From Botryllus schlosseri (Eukaryota), in contig CM119372.1 in assembly GCA_051294905.1 (NCBI GenBank), positions 36,892,001 to 36,952,000 of the forward strand: 60,000 nt of DNA. The letters run 5' to 3'. The notes below the pieces were generated by a model. It searched no databases. It was not told the origin of the DNA and was given only the letters and a program-made list of their open reading frames with translations. Positions 27,001-39,400 of the stretch are shown here, piece by piece. The position numbers and the translations under genes were made by a program. Position 1 is the stretch's first letter. The number at the start of each line of letters is the position of its first letter.

Positions 27001-30000
27001 ATAAGAATGAAAAAGCGATCCTAATCCTAATTTCTATAAGCGAACTGCAATGTCGATCAATGTAACTAGCGGCTAGATGCAGTATCGTATTTTTGAACGC
27101 CACGGTGTAACTGAACAATGCTACTCAATGCGAATAGACTGCAAAATGTACTTCAGTACTCCATAAAATGAAAGTTCTTCGATAATCCGATAATACCTCT
27201 GGGGTTGCAAATGATATGATGAGTAGGGCGATTTTTTTACCTAAAAACGGAAGATTTGTCCTAAAAAATCAAACTTCTGACATTTTTTACTCTAAAAATT
27301 CAAATTTGATCGAAAGTATGCAAATTAGGTGTTTTCCCCGAATAATGTTAGATTTGTACTACTTTTCTTTATTTCTGGTTGGAACTGTCTGTCCTTACGA
27401 AGTAGTCTGACATGAAAAAACTTTTTTGACTCAACAGCGAAAGATACTTTCCTACATTCTCGAGTAAAAAGTGCCTGTCTTTACTAAGTAGCTTGCTTGG
27501 AATGGAAAGAACGTTCAACAGCAGCAGTTGTTGGCTGACGCCACTGTAGTTGTGCGTACACTGCTGGTGACACACTGTGTTGCTTCATTCCGACAATGGT
27601 GTCTACATCACAATTTTTCATCATGCGCTTCTTGATATAAGAACCATGCAATGCCCACGCAGTCTTGCTTCAGTTAGGATATTGCGGTAGGTCGGGCATA
27701 ACAACATATCAGTCTATTTGTTTCATTTGAATGTTTATCATTCACAATGAGCAGACGATGAGCCGTCTACAACGGTAGGCCTATAAAGTAGGCTACAAGC
27801 TGTAACATGTCAAATGATAAGTTCACCGACAGTACAAAATCTACGATACAAACGAAATGCAGGTTGCAATAACATTTTTACGTTGTAAACAATTTTGACA
27901 TTTTTTGACCTAACGCTACAATTTTGACAAAATTTTGACTTTTTTCGAAATGTCAAAAAAATCGCCCTGATGAGATATAGTGAAATTTAATTAGTTATCA
28001 AACAAATAATAAATCATGCGTTCGATGTTTGATTAGATAATGTAAATAGTAATCAAATGGATATTCGCGTGGACTAATGCCTGGTGACAAGGTTAGATAA
28101 CGACCGTTGTAATCTTACCTCTAGATCCATGTCATCTGAGTTACAAATCAGTCTATTTCGACGTATGGTGACTCCGGTGTGAGTTTCGTTTTCCCAGCCC
28201 CCGATAACCTCGATGCTCTGGTCCTGGTCTACAACTGGCACTCCGTTTCGATCAGAATGACAGTCCTGTTGCAGACGGGTATAAAAACGTAGATTTACTG
28301 TTATCCTGGACCCATGTGAACTAAAATTCAAATTAGGTTTGAACGGAAAATTGTCTCCCTGGAAAGCTTATCTTTACTCACTAAGCCAGAAAGTTTGCAG
28401 CTATTCGAAAATCTATATATACATATGGCGTAGATAGATGTCGGCCATATACAGTGACAGTTATATACATACTCAGATGATCCAACCCGATAAATGCATT
28501 TCAACAGGGAGTTTCAAAAAATAACATGAAATGAAAACAGCGTTACAAGTGGCAAGAGAAAACTATTGCATAAGATGTGTATATTTTTTAGCTGCGAGCG
28601 AAGTGAAACTGGGCAATTCTTCTGTGTGCATTGTCTGTTTTGTTGTTCATGTCCACCATGATTTTCCACCGAGTACACGTGTCGTCAGTTGTCTTCAACT
28701 GAGATAATAATGGGTGCTATTGAAGATTGTAATTCTGGTACTTCAGTTAAGCCTTGATTAATTTTGGAACGTCTGGTTGATATCATGTCTCACCAAAGCG
28801 TACGCTTCGCCCGATCTGACTCCCGCCATAATAATATCCGCACCATTCATAGACGTGGTTCGAGAAAATCCAACTCCCACCCATCCTTTTGTTGGAGCAA
28901 TGATCTAATAAAATTTAACCATGAATCGGAAAGGAAAGAAGAATTGAGATGCGCATTCTACTTTACTTGCATTGTGATGGTACTTTCATCAAAATCCCAA
29001 TACAGATTCACTGGTTGCAGATGATCTAATACTGCGTTGTACGGGAAACCGATAGGTTCAGACTCAATGGGTGTCATCGGCGGTGTTTTCCCGGAGGCTG
29101 CCGTAAATAAGTAGCCTACTGTTAGTGACATTGATTTAATCCAGTGGTTCTCAACCGTTATGCCGCGGCACACTATAGTGTGCAAATTAGATCGCCCAGT
29201 GTGCTGCGAAAAATTGTGGTAAAAGAGGTGGACGCAGAACCAATATTAATGAATTAAAATGTTGAGTGTGGCACAATCGATGGTTCTAATATTTTACCCG
29301 CTCAGGACACACAATGTACAATGCGATGCAATTAACAGCTAGGAAGACATCGAAATAACAAGTTTCTGTCTCTCAATCTCAAAGCCAATGGCTGCACAGT
29401 GTCATGACGCAGGTCGATGCGTTTTTTCTGTTTTTTCTAGTCATCATCTTGCCACTTCTTCGACATCTATGTTCATTTTACACTAACCCGATTTTGCTTG
29501 TTATGATTCGTGAGATGCCTGCCGACTAGTATGGCCCACTTCCACTCCAGACTTTTTGTATGACAACGCTCATGCAGATCCGATGGGGAGCCGGAGCCTA
29601 GATAAAGATAGGAATGGATTTTGGAGTCGACCTTGGCCGAACTCGAACGCGCAACACATTTATTATGCAGCGGTATAACGTGCCACTACGCTACTCGCCA
29701 CTCAAGGTATCCGAAGTGCTATAGGGTGCTGAGAACTTTTTTCCCTTTGAGAGGATGCCACGAGGTCGAAAAGGTTTTGCCTTTCACCGCATTATGTCAG
29801 GAATGAAACTATTGCAAATTGTAATGGGTTTCGATATAGGGCCCTGGTCTGGCTTCCGTAGATCGGGTTTCATTCACAATATCAACATGCGCTGTGGCGC
29901 AGTGTTGCGATCACGATCATGAGGGGAGAGTTAGTTATCAGACCAATTAGTCAGAAGACCGATAGACGGTCGTATCCAGAGGTATAGCTTCTTTGACGGC

Positions 30001-33000
30001 GGCTAAAGGTTTATCCATTGCTCCGAATCTCCAACAGAGCTGCACTGTCAGCTATAAAACGGTATTTTAGGACTTTAAATGCAAACTCCACTCTAGCCAA
30101 AATGCAGGTAAAATGTAATCGCCGGAACTAACAGTATTATGACCAGTAAATCTTTGAATATAGGACTACCGCGTTAAACCATTAAAAGATACATATCACT
30201 AGTATTGGGATCAATTAACTTCCTACAATAACAAGTCACTATACGCGTCGTTGCACATTTTGACTCGAGTCAAGTCAAGTCACTCGATTGTTTGAGGTAA
30301 CTGTTAAAACGAACAATTTACCTGTTTTCTGCTTCTGTTCTTTTCCTCTCAGTAACTCGATTTCAACAAAGCCTTGAAAGAATAATTATTCATTTTATAT
30401 CTTTTCTTCTGTCAGAAGTGATATCAATTTATAATCACCTCTATCTGCGTCATGATATTCTAGCATTGTCAGTTCGTTCTTCATATCCATGTTACCGATC
30501 GCCCATAGAACTATAATCTTTCCAGCCTAAATTTGCAATACAGTTAGCAATTACCAAGATTGTGCATCATTAGAAATGCTACTTGAAGTAATATTTTAGT
30601 CACCATATTACCAATTACAATTACGATATCATCGGACAACTGTGTGTGATGCCGACATTTATCCACTATGGTTCAATTGTCTGCAGTCGGGACCATATCT
30701 CGCGAGACACATATGCCTTTTTCGAAGGTGACTTATGGCTCCCAGAGTAGTAGAATAAGTTGGCAGTTATCATTCAGCATAATTACGATATTGCAATGAT
30801 CTGTATGGTTTTTCAAGACAAACATACATTCGCGGAGGCGTTGGCGCGGTACGTAACGAATTTGATGACTATAACGTCATGCGGTCGCTCGTTTCATAAC
30901 TGAACATTGAACAATGAGAGAGAGAGAGAGATATGGTATTCTTTTTCGCCTGCACCATCGAGATGCTTTGACGACGGAGTTGCGATACGGCCCCATGAGG
31001 TCATCTAGTCTTCGCCCCCGTTTTTTTCTCCTCCATGCTATCCGTGATTGCTGAGCACCTAGCAGGATAGCTGCGGATACCAATTTTTGAGTCTTTGGTA
31101 TGACCCGGCCGGGGATCGAACCCACGACCTACCGCTCGAGAAGCCGGACGCATAACCATTACTCTGACTCTTTATTCGAAATTTTCTGCCTTTCAACAGC
31201 AGTAGCGATGGAAACGAAAATGTGCACTATGTTACGGGACGTCGGATCAAACATATCGACTGATATAATTATGTAAATAGATGCGTTTCAGATTGATTCA
31301 ATTATGAGACTATATCGTGAACAATCAAGAAATGCTACCGCGACAAACAAACCGCTGGACTATAATCGTTGAATATCGGTGATATAATTATTAGGACAGA
31401 AAATATCCTGACTTCTCAGAGACACATAATCCGAATTTATACCGCGAATAACAGTACTTTCCGTATACCGATTGAAAGCACGATTTAATGCGGAGATTAG
31501 CTTTAGGAAAACGCGAGAATCAAATTGCGAAGAGTTCTGCATTTAGTGGAAAGTGGATTTGTGGTAGTTTGGTGTTGGTATGTACTGATCGTGCCGGGAC
31601 GCCAGTAAATCCGATTACCTGGTTTAATGAGTCCACGTGCTGTAATATCACATCGTTTTCACCACATACAAAATAGTGCACACGAAGAATCAAATTTAGT
31701 GAGCTTCGCCTTCGCGGCGCAATGTTGGCAAGAGCGATTTTAATCAGATCTTCAAGTGCTGTTTCTGTATAGTGCCTACCTGTATTGTTTTATCAAAGGC
31801 GTTGTTTGATATCAGCGGACGCGTCACTGTTATGGTCGTATGCGTTGCGTTTTCAATCCCGTCCGTAACTTGCACATTCTGTACCGCGTCAATGGAAGGA
31901 GGCCCATTGCTAGTAGCGTAACAATCCTGCAAATTAAAACATTGAAACGACCACTTATGGTCACTTTGTTTACGAGACGGACTAATTACAACTTAACAGA
32001 CTGCGGCAATAATGCTCGCCTTCTCGAAATTTGAGATGGATTACTAAGACTTTTTGCAAGTCGATGTCATATTTGTTGCTCCGTGTATAGTCGGAATTTC
32101 ATATCTGAGAGTTCCTTCAACAGTCATAACCTATCATATGCCATCAAACTATGCATTGGGATGGCGAACATTATAGTAGCACTTTTTAATATGTTTTGAC
32201 ATGACGATCAAGGGTGCGCGAAATTTTTCGCTATCATCAAGAGGGGGTTTGTGTGAAAACGTTCGAGAACCACTTGATTATATAGTTACATATCAACACA
32301 AGCATCATGCACGTCACATGAGCACAATTAAATGATAAAATTGTCCGCTTCATTTACGTATCCGTATGCCACGATGACTCTGACCATACAAAACGACCAG
32401 TTACATGATTATTTTCGTATACGAATATCCTTAGATTGGCGCTGAGGCTGCAGCTCTCAACAGACAAATAGCTAAGATATCTAGTCGAGTTTCGAAATAC
32501 ATGTCTTGGTTTCATCGCGTTCATAAATGTATTTTGATGCCTAGTATAATCTTGCATCGTATAAACAGCGATATATTGATGCATCTACACCATGACGAAA
32601 TTCGAACCCTGTAAAACTATTCATATTAAATGTTGTATTAACTGAGGAATTTACCGACCCAAACGTAGTGTTTGTCGTTTCGTATTCCCCCTATGATAAG
32701 ATCAGCCCCAGCCATTGAGCGAGTTGGCGCGAAGCCGATTCCTATCCATCCTTTCGTTTCCCCCGTGATCTGCATTAAAAACAGGGCGTTAAAATGTTTT
32801 CGTCTGTGAACACTGGCAAATTGGCGGAGTCGAATATGCGGGACTTGCAGCGCTTTCAGCTTCAGCTTTTTCGTGATAGATCTTTTCAGTGAAAAATACC
32901 GATGCCGAACATTTCAAGGAAAAATTTACAGCCACAGTTACAGTTGCGTTTAGGTTATATCAGGCCAGTGGTTACCAAGCCTCTTAGAACCCGAACCAAA

Positions 33001-33283
33001 TCTGAGTTTGATGTGCGTCTCGCTACCCTTCCCAACATAGAAAAGGGATTTTTCATGGTAGCCGAGTACGTTTTTTTTAGTTGTTAGACAAGTCGCAAAC
33101 AGTCAGTTGTAGTATGGAAAATACCTTCATTTCAATTGAATCTTGACGATAGTTCCATTGTAACAGAAAACCTGGGCTGAGTTGATGAGCATATTTCCAG
33201 CCTTCGATGCCGTTTGCATGACGGAAGTACAAATACATTACAAGTAGTACTACCCCCTTAAGATCCATCGCTTTCCGCAACAT
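18017..33283 (-). CDS. MOXD1: DBH-like (MOXD1-type) copper type II ascorbate-dependent monooxygenase with two tandem DOMON domains; 20 exons, about 769 aa (paralogue A)
   Basis: Manually spliced exons: 33283-33125, 32769-32659, 31926-31780, 30526-30439, 30372-30322, 29097-28967, 28904-28794, 28265-28119, 23266-23176, 23110-23063, 22193-22066, 21857-21783, 20695-20494, 20438-20275, 20213-20119, 19239-19083, 19017-18921, 18843-18713, 18256-18161, 18097-18017. Total 2310 nt, phases compatible, GT-AG except one GC-AG. Signal peptide; DOMON motifs GWIGIGF..SMAGAD and GWVGVGF..SMNGAD; catalytic motifs VHH, WAVGG, EMHYDNP, DSSG, HSHLAG, YDFNYQ, EMC. Symbol is family-level (MOXD1-like); orthology not tested. 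Alternative start ATG at 33268. Confidence 0.9.
19303..19865. mobile_element. hAT MITE in the GC-AG intron of paralogue A
   Basis: CAGTGATTTCAAAC ... GTTGGAAACCACTG; TSD CCGTAGAT/TAGTAGAT. Confidence 0.7.
21126..21461. mobile_element. Blackjack-like hAT MITE in an intron
   Basis: AGGGTTACCATAT ... ATATGGTAACCCT TIRs with GAGGAC motifs; related copies at about 24450-24770 and 47660-48087. Confidence 0.75.
23496..26099. mobile_element. GAGTC-rich hAT MITE with nested insertions, intron 8 of paralogue A
   Basis: TIR CAGTGTTGGGAT ... ATCCCAACACTG; perfect TSD GGTAGCAA (23488-23495, 26100-26107); partial copies at about 30200-30300 and 35983-36310. Confidence 0.88.
24009..25654. mobile_element. 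Charlie-like hAT non-autonomous element nested in 23496-26099
   Basis: CAGTGTCTCCCAAA ... TTTGGGAACCACTG; perfect TSD ATTTAAAT; contains a Blackjack-like MITE at about 24450-24770. Confidence 0.85.
26148..26498 (+). mobile_element. tRNA-derived SINE, family 1
   Basis: A-box TGGCGCAGTTGG, B-box GTTGGAATC, (CATA)n tail; homologous to the 6795 and 39110 copies. Confidence 0.8.
27224..27969. mobile_element. MITE with AGGGCGATTTTTT TIRs and apparent 5-bp TSD
   Basis: TAGGGCGATTTTTTT ... AAAAAATCGCCCTG flanked by ATGAG on both sides. Confidence 0.65.
29142..29780. mobile_element. Degenerate hAT MITE in intron 5 of paralogue A
   Basis: Starts CAGTGGTTCTCAACC with GCCGCGGCACAC subterminal motifs; right end decayed. 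Confidence 0.5.
30915..31165 (-). mobile_element. tRNA-derived SINE, family 2 (MetaSINE-like central domain)
   Basis: Minus strand: B-box GGTTCGATCCC followed by GGGTCATACCAAAGACTCAAAAATTGGTATCCGCAGCTATCCTGCTAGGTGCTCAGCA, with a (TC)n tail. Confidence 0.75.
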
Positions 33284-33344
33284 TATCGGACTGAGAAACG
33301 AAAGAGACTATAACACTAACTATAAAGCATGCCGTTGAAACGTG

Positions 33345-33352
33345 TTTATATA
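33345..33352 (-). promoter_or_regulatory. Candidate TATA box of paralogue A
   Basis: TATATAAA on the minus strand about 60 nt upstream of ATG 33283; position plausible, no TSS data. Confidence 0.3.
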
Positions 33353-33995
33353 GAATTGTCTTTGCAGATTCTTGGTATGTGCAATTGTGCATCCTACCAT
33401 ATATGTTCAAGAACAACGCGATTTTGCAACAATTCCTTGCCGACGGCGTATGGTCTTTGTTCTGTTGCGGTCATTAGTGTAAGTTTCTCAAAACAATATT
33501 TTTCGGAGGATTAGAGCGTAATCACTGCGTTAAGGCTTTTGCAATTAACAGTCTGGAACTTGAAAGAAATTGTCATCCAGGGGTCGGGATGACTCTATTG
33601 ATTATATGATATGACTCTCTGATAAATGTTCAGTTTGGCATTTAATTCTTATTTATCAATATAGCCACAACCCGTTTGAAAATTTTCATAGCAGCCATAA
33701 TCATAATTTTTGCGGTATAGGTGAGATAGGTCTGTGTGCGGTCAACCAAGTAGCATCTCCATGGATCTTTGGGGCTCTGAACCCCGTCCTCTAACAATTC
33801 CTCAATTCTATATCAAATATTGCCTGCTTATCCAATATGATCGTGCTTTTTTTCTATAATAGGGCAAATATGGCACCTCCAAATTATTTATGTGTCTACA
33901 TCGGGCAAATGTAATATGCAGAGTTCTATACGAAGTACGTGTAGTTGCAAAAAAATAAGGTTGACCAGGGGTGTTCAACCTCTTTGTTATTCACG

Positions 33996-34861
33996 CACGC
34001 GTACGCGTACGACTCGCGAGGCAATCCACGTAGGTATTCTTGCCTACGCAGACGACCTAGCCCTGCTTTCCCCGAACACCGCATCGGCACAGCGTCTCAT
34101 TAACCAGCTAGAGGCCGCCGCCGCTCTTGTTGGCCTCCAGATCAACGCTAAGAAGACTGAAGTTCTGGCCATACCAGCTCTACCGGAGAACGCGACACCA
34201 ATTCAACTGGGAGATATCGATCTCAAGTATGTAACGAGTTTTGTATACCTCGGTATTGACGTCGCTGACTCTGGAAAAGCGCTCAAGGCGAGGCGAGCAA
34301 AGGCCTGGGGCGCGGCAAGACGGCTACATAGCCTCTTCCATTCAAGTGCCTCAACCCAGCTCAAGACCCGCATCTTCCGTGCCACTGTCGAGCAGGTTCT
34401 TCTCTACGGAATAGAAGCACTCATGCTGACAGAAAAGCTGGCTAAGGCACTCAACGCCAGCTACGATGCACTCCTCTGCTACTCACTCGGCATCCACCAC
34501 CCGGAGCACATATCCACCAATGCTCGGCGCAAACTAACAAAAACAGTCCCATGCCGTTTGCTGGCTGCTGAACGACGCTTACGCTTAATCGGTCATCTAG
34601 TGCGGCATCAAGACGATCAACCAGCCGCCGCCATCATCAACCACATTCCGACGGAGCCATGGCGCAGAGGTGGCTGGAATAGAACCACATGGTGCTCAAC
34701 AATAGAGACCGAGCTAGCGCAACGCGGGCTATCGCTCGAAGACGCCCACGGCCGCCCACGCTGGAGGCGCTTAATAAGGGCCCAAAACTGATTATCTTGA
34801 TGTTCATTTGTTTCCTGTTTTCTTTTGCCCTTTTATTTAATTGAAAGCCGATATATATATA
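33996..34861 (+). mobile_element. 5'-truncated non-LTR retrotransposon (RTE-like); RT C-terminal ORF to 34791
   Basis: LAYADDLAL, GLQINAKKTEV, FVYLG, RIFRATVEQVLLYG motifs; (TA)n tail; 13-bp TSD TTTGTTATTCACG (33983-33995, 34862-34874); inserted in a hAT MITE end starting at 33966. Confidence 0.9.
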
Positions 34862-37540
34862 TTTGTTATTCACGGCCCTGCTTTGATGCCATATGTAGCA
34901 TACGTCCATATTACAGCGGAGAGTCGTCATGTCCCATCTGGACGTCATGTACTCATGTTAAATTCGCGAATGTGAACTCCAGTGTTCTGTGTCATCACTG
35001 ATTTCCTGAAATATACCGTTCGTATAAAAGTGTTTAATTGTAGCAGTAGAACACACCCGCAGGCTTACCATTTATCTACCAAAATCGCGAGTATAAATGT
35101 TAGTTAAAGTTATCTGGCTTTCCTTTTCTAGTCGCGCCGGGCGCGAAAAATTTCTAAATCTGGAAAATTTATTTCGTCGATAATATTGGTCGTTTAATAT
35201 ATTACTGTCAATTATTTATTAATTCTTTGCCCACGTGATCAGATTAAACGATAGAGCTGGTGGAGGGGGTGTCTTCGAAAATTTTTGGCACAGAGTTAAT
35301 GATGATGCATCTTCCGGTTTTTATTATTCACTTTTTTATGTTGTTATTTTTTGACCTCCCGCCAGGATTGTAGGCATAGTCGAAATACATATATTGGAAT
35401 CGGCCAAACGTACCGTCATTCGTGAGACGCACACGATCCCGACTTGGTATTTTTATGGGGTGCATTATTATCCTTTGAGGTTCGCATTTGTATGGTAGGA
35501 GTCAGATTACATTACACTTTTATATCAAAAACGAAAGATCAAAGTCACCCTAAATCGCATCAAGAGTGAATAAAATATTCGAGTAAAAATATCGGAAGGA
35601 TTTTGGAACCAATTCGTCAATTCAAATTGCATATTGACGGTCGCCATCACACGCTAATTTAATTATTTCATGAGAGCCGCATGAACATTGTTAAACTGGT
35701 TGGCCCCCGTTGGCCTGTTGAAATAAGGATGAACACGACTGCAACATATTTGATATGCCTAATACTGATCGGGGCTCGAGGTTACCTGAGCACCATCTAG
35801 CACAGTGGCTCTCAAACAAACTGGACCACCTGAGACACCCTAATATCGCCGCTAAAATGATGTAGGCTACACTGCGCTATTTATAAGCAACTCACAGAAG
35901 GTACCAAATCGGAAATTATGAGCTATCAAGAATCATTATAGACATATATCGCAAGCGGAACGCATGTCAACTCCATTCTGTTCCAGTGTTGGGACCAAGT
36001 CACTACCTTCGAGTCACAAGTCATCTCGACTCATTGCACATTTTGACTCAATCGATTTCGAAGGTGACTCGAGTCAAGTAACTCGATTTTTGGAGGTGAC
36101 TCGGGCCAAGTCGAGTCAATTCAAGGCAAGTCACGAGTCAAGTCACTAGACATGTTAAGTTGAGTTTTTGAAGTACAAGGCATGATTCAGAGTCATTGCC
36201 TTTGCCAGCTGTATTAAATACAGATTGAGTCCCTATTTATTCTGAATCGAGGAACGAATATGGAGTTGAGTATACACGCAAAAAGTCGTTGTATCGCTAG
36301 ATCATACGGAGATCTTCTTAACTACGTAATTGAAGATATGGCATAGGGTTGCCATACGTCCGGAATTTCCCGGACATGGCCGCAATTTCATTTTTTTAAA
36401 TTGCTTCCGGGAGGAAATTCTAAAATATTTTAAATGTCCGCAATTTTGAAGGCTTAAAGTAGGCTACAATTTTTTCGTAAATCAACTTAAATATTATTAT
36501 TTCTAAGCAGATTCATGCTATTTGGAATTTTTCTTCGCGCTGGGCGCGATTTATGACATCGTATTTTTATATTACTACGGGGACCACGCACCGGCCTCGC
36601 AAAAAATGCAATCAAAAATAAATAAAAATAACTATAATTTACTGAAATAAGTCTAAATGTAATCGCAATTACAAGATAACGGGATATTCCTGGAGATGAT
36701 TAAGGCTGTTTGGTTGCTTTAGTTTAGTTCGGAACCGGGGGTCGTTTGCCTTTATTCTGGGGTAAGCGAAGATGTTGGACGTCATCAGCCTCTAAAATAG
36801 GCCGCGAGTAAGTAAGTAAGTAAGCATGCAGATGTGACTAGATCTCAATTTTAGCGAACCGACTCAAATTCAGGTGAAAGTTAGAGATTTTAAAAGGTTA
36901 AACATATCAATTGATTGATTTACCTATTCTTGTTTAAATCACACTAACGTGTAACTTACAATGGCAATACATATGGATTAGGGTTGCTCAAAAATAGCTT
37001 TCTATTCCAAATTCCCCTCGCTTAGTGATAAAATTGTCAGGTTTCCTAAAAAATGCTACACACCAAATTTGGGTCAATTCCGACCAGTAAAGGCCGGGCA
37101 ATCCTAAATTGAAATTTCGACCATTTTCGAATTTATAGTATATACTAGTGATTCCCAACCTTTTTCGACTCATCGCCCCCTTATCAAGCTCAAAAAACTT
37201 TCATCGCCCCCTATAAGAAGGCGACCCAAACTTGAGATATATTGAGGTCTCGTGACCACCGTTCTCTCTAAGCTGTGCGCCTGTGCAATTCCGCAGTGTT
37301 GACACGGTCTCAGCCTGCGCACGGAAAATCTAAGCTGCGCACGAAATAGCCGAAGTGATGACCTTTTTTTAGTCAGCACCACAAAATTAACAAAAAAAGT
37401 CGTTAATTCGGCAGTCCGATCAAAGTGATGACCTTTTTTTATTTGTTGTGCACTGCTGACCAATGGACTGCGCAGTTAGTTGGTGAGTGCGCACGAACAG
37501 AGTTTTGCCTAAATCCTAAACGTTCAACGATAAGTTAGAT

Positions 37541-38744
37541 CAGTGCTCTTCAACCTTTTTCGACTTGGTACACCCTTTTAACGTTTACTCAAAACTCGTA
37601 CACCCCTGTTCATTAGGGGTCTTCAAAAAGGACTTTTGTTCTCAAATCGTACTGGCTATTTGATAAAATTGTTAGGTTACCTAACTTAAGCCTACACACC
37701 AAATTTGGTTCAATTCCAACCAGTAGCCGCATTGCTACGGGAGAAGAAAGTTTCTATTTATTATATAAAAATAAATCACGAAAAATTTGAAATTTTCCTG
37801 TTCACCCCATGAAAGTATTAGGTTGTCTATAAAATCGATGTTCTTCAAATTTGGTTCAATTCCAACCAGTAGAAGCGGAGTTATTTCCGTCAAAAAATTT
37901 GGATTCGAATAAAATAGTATTTGGTCACAGAGTCTCCTCGCAGCCAGTTAGGCCGCCCGCCACGCAAATTGGAATTTATTTCGTGTCAGCCCCAAAACAG
38001 CATGAAATTACGAACGATAATCAACCTAAATGTAACAGTATTGGGGAGAGAGTATGTAAAGCTACTGCTGCAGAAGCGGTAATTCAGATCAGCGATGATA
38101 GCAGGCGCACCAGCGTACTGCGTATCAGGCCTGCCCCACACAACACACAGTCGATAGTAACACATGGGCTGCAAAAGATGTCAGTAACCTCAGATCATAT
38201 GCTGCTATACACAGTCTATTGTCGCTAATTTGCATCACTAGTAACAAAATACTAAATTGCAAATTTATGGCGAAATATTGGACATAAAATCGGCATTTTA
38301 AAACAAAAGGGTTTCGATTTCAACAAGGAAGCTGTTTTGACCCTGGCTGGCTACGTCACTTCATGTATGTGCATTTCGGTATTTATTAACGTCGGGTAGG
38401 AAGTACCGATTCAAGAAGTCTGAGCTATCGCGGCGGTTTCCTCAAAAATCACTAAAAGACAAATGACTATAGCTGAACACATGTTTGTTAACTGCATACT
38501 TTCCAACACCAAACGGAACCATCGGTCTATTGACGACGGCTAAATGAATACGAGAAATATTTGCATATGACATCACAATCAAGCGGTGTACAGTATTACA
38601 CTTGAGATAACATCGTACCATATTGCTCATTCACCTGTGCGTCAACCTGTACTGACCCTTAAACCTGCCTTTGTGATAGCTAGCCACCCTTTGTAAATTC
38701 TGGTACACCCTAGGGTGTACGAAAACCCCGGTTGAAGAGCACTG
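37541..38744. mobile_element. hAT MITE nested in 37146-39890
   Basis: Perfect TIR CAGTGCTCTTCAACC ... GGTTGAAGAGCACTG; perfect TSD AGTTAGAT. Confidence 0.9.
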
Positions 38745-39109
38745 AGTTAGATGACCATTACTGTACTATTCGGTATCACAATAACTTACTGTCCTCCAAA
38801 AATCTAACCGCATAGGGTTATCCACGTTTTGGCAATCGTTGGAGTTACTAGTATGCAATAAAAATAAGGCTACTTCGAGAAGCAATGCTGTTGTGTTACG
38901 TCTAAAAAGAAGACCAAATTAAACTACATCGGTGATCGAAAATCAACTGTAACGCTTGCTTCAGATGTCATATATGGGGTTGGCAACTGCAGGAAGGCTC
39001 TGGAAGTTATATATTTCATAACATAATACCAAACTGACTGTAACATAACCAAATTATCCTCATCGTTCGAGATGTCTTTACATCTTAATAAAGATCAGAG
39101 AACATAGTT

Positions 39110-39400
39110 GGGGAAATGAGTGGCGCAGTTGGTTAAACACTGCAGTCCCGACACCAATGGTTGCTGGTTCGAGTATCGGCTCTGCTATGTTTCTATGTGT
39201 CGGAGGCTTATCTGGGCTCCTCATCGCCGATCGCGCTGTCCTTACAGCGCCTTGAAAAGTTCAGAGGAAAAGAGAGCCGAACTCCAGAAGATTGGCAGCA
39301 AAAGACTAGGTTGCGGGCTCATGGAAATCGAGCGAGACTGATGGTGGAAGAGCGCGTGCATGGAAGTCCTTAATAGTTGTGGAAATTCGAACGAGCAAAA
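39110..39400 (+). mobile_element. tRNA-derived SINE, family 1
   Basis: GGGAAATGAGTGGCGCAGTTGGTTAAACAC.. A-box, GGTTCGAGT B-box; matches the 26148 copy. Confidence 0.8.

Noticed and set aside
33892..33995. N-terminal part of the 299-aa ORF as a real protein start
   Set aside because: It lies outside the LINE TSD and runs through a MITE end, so the open frame is fortuitous.
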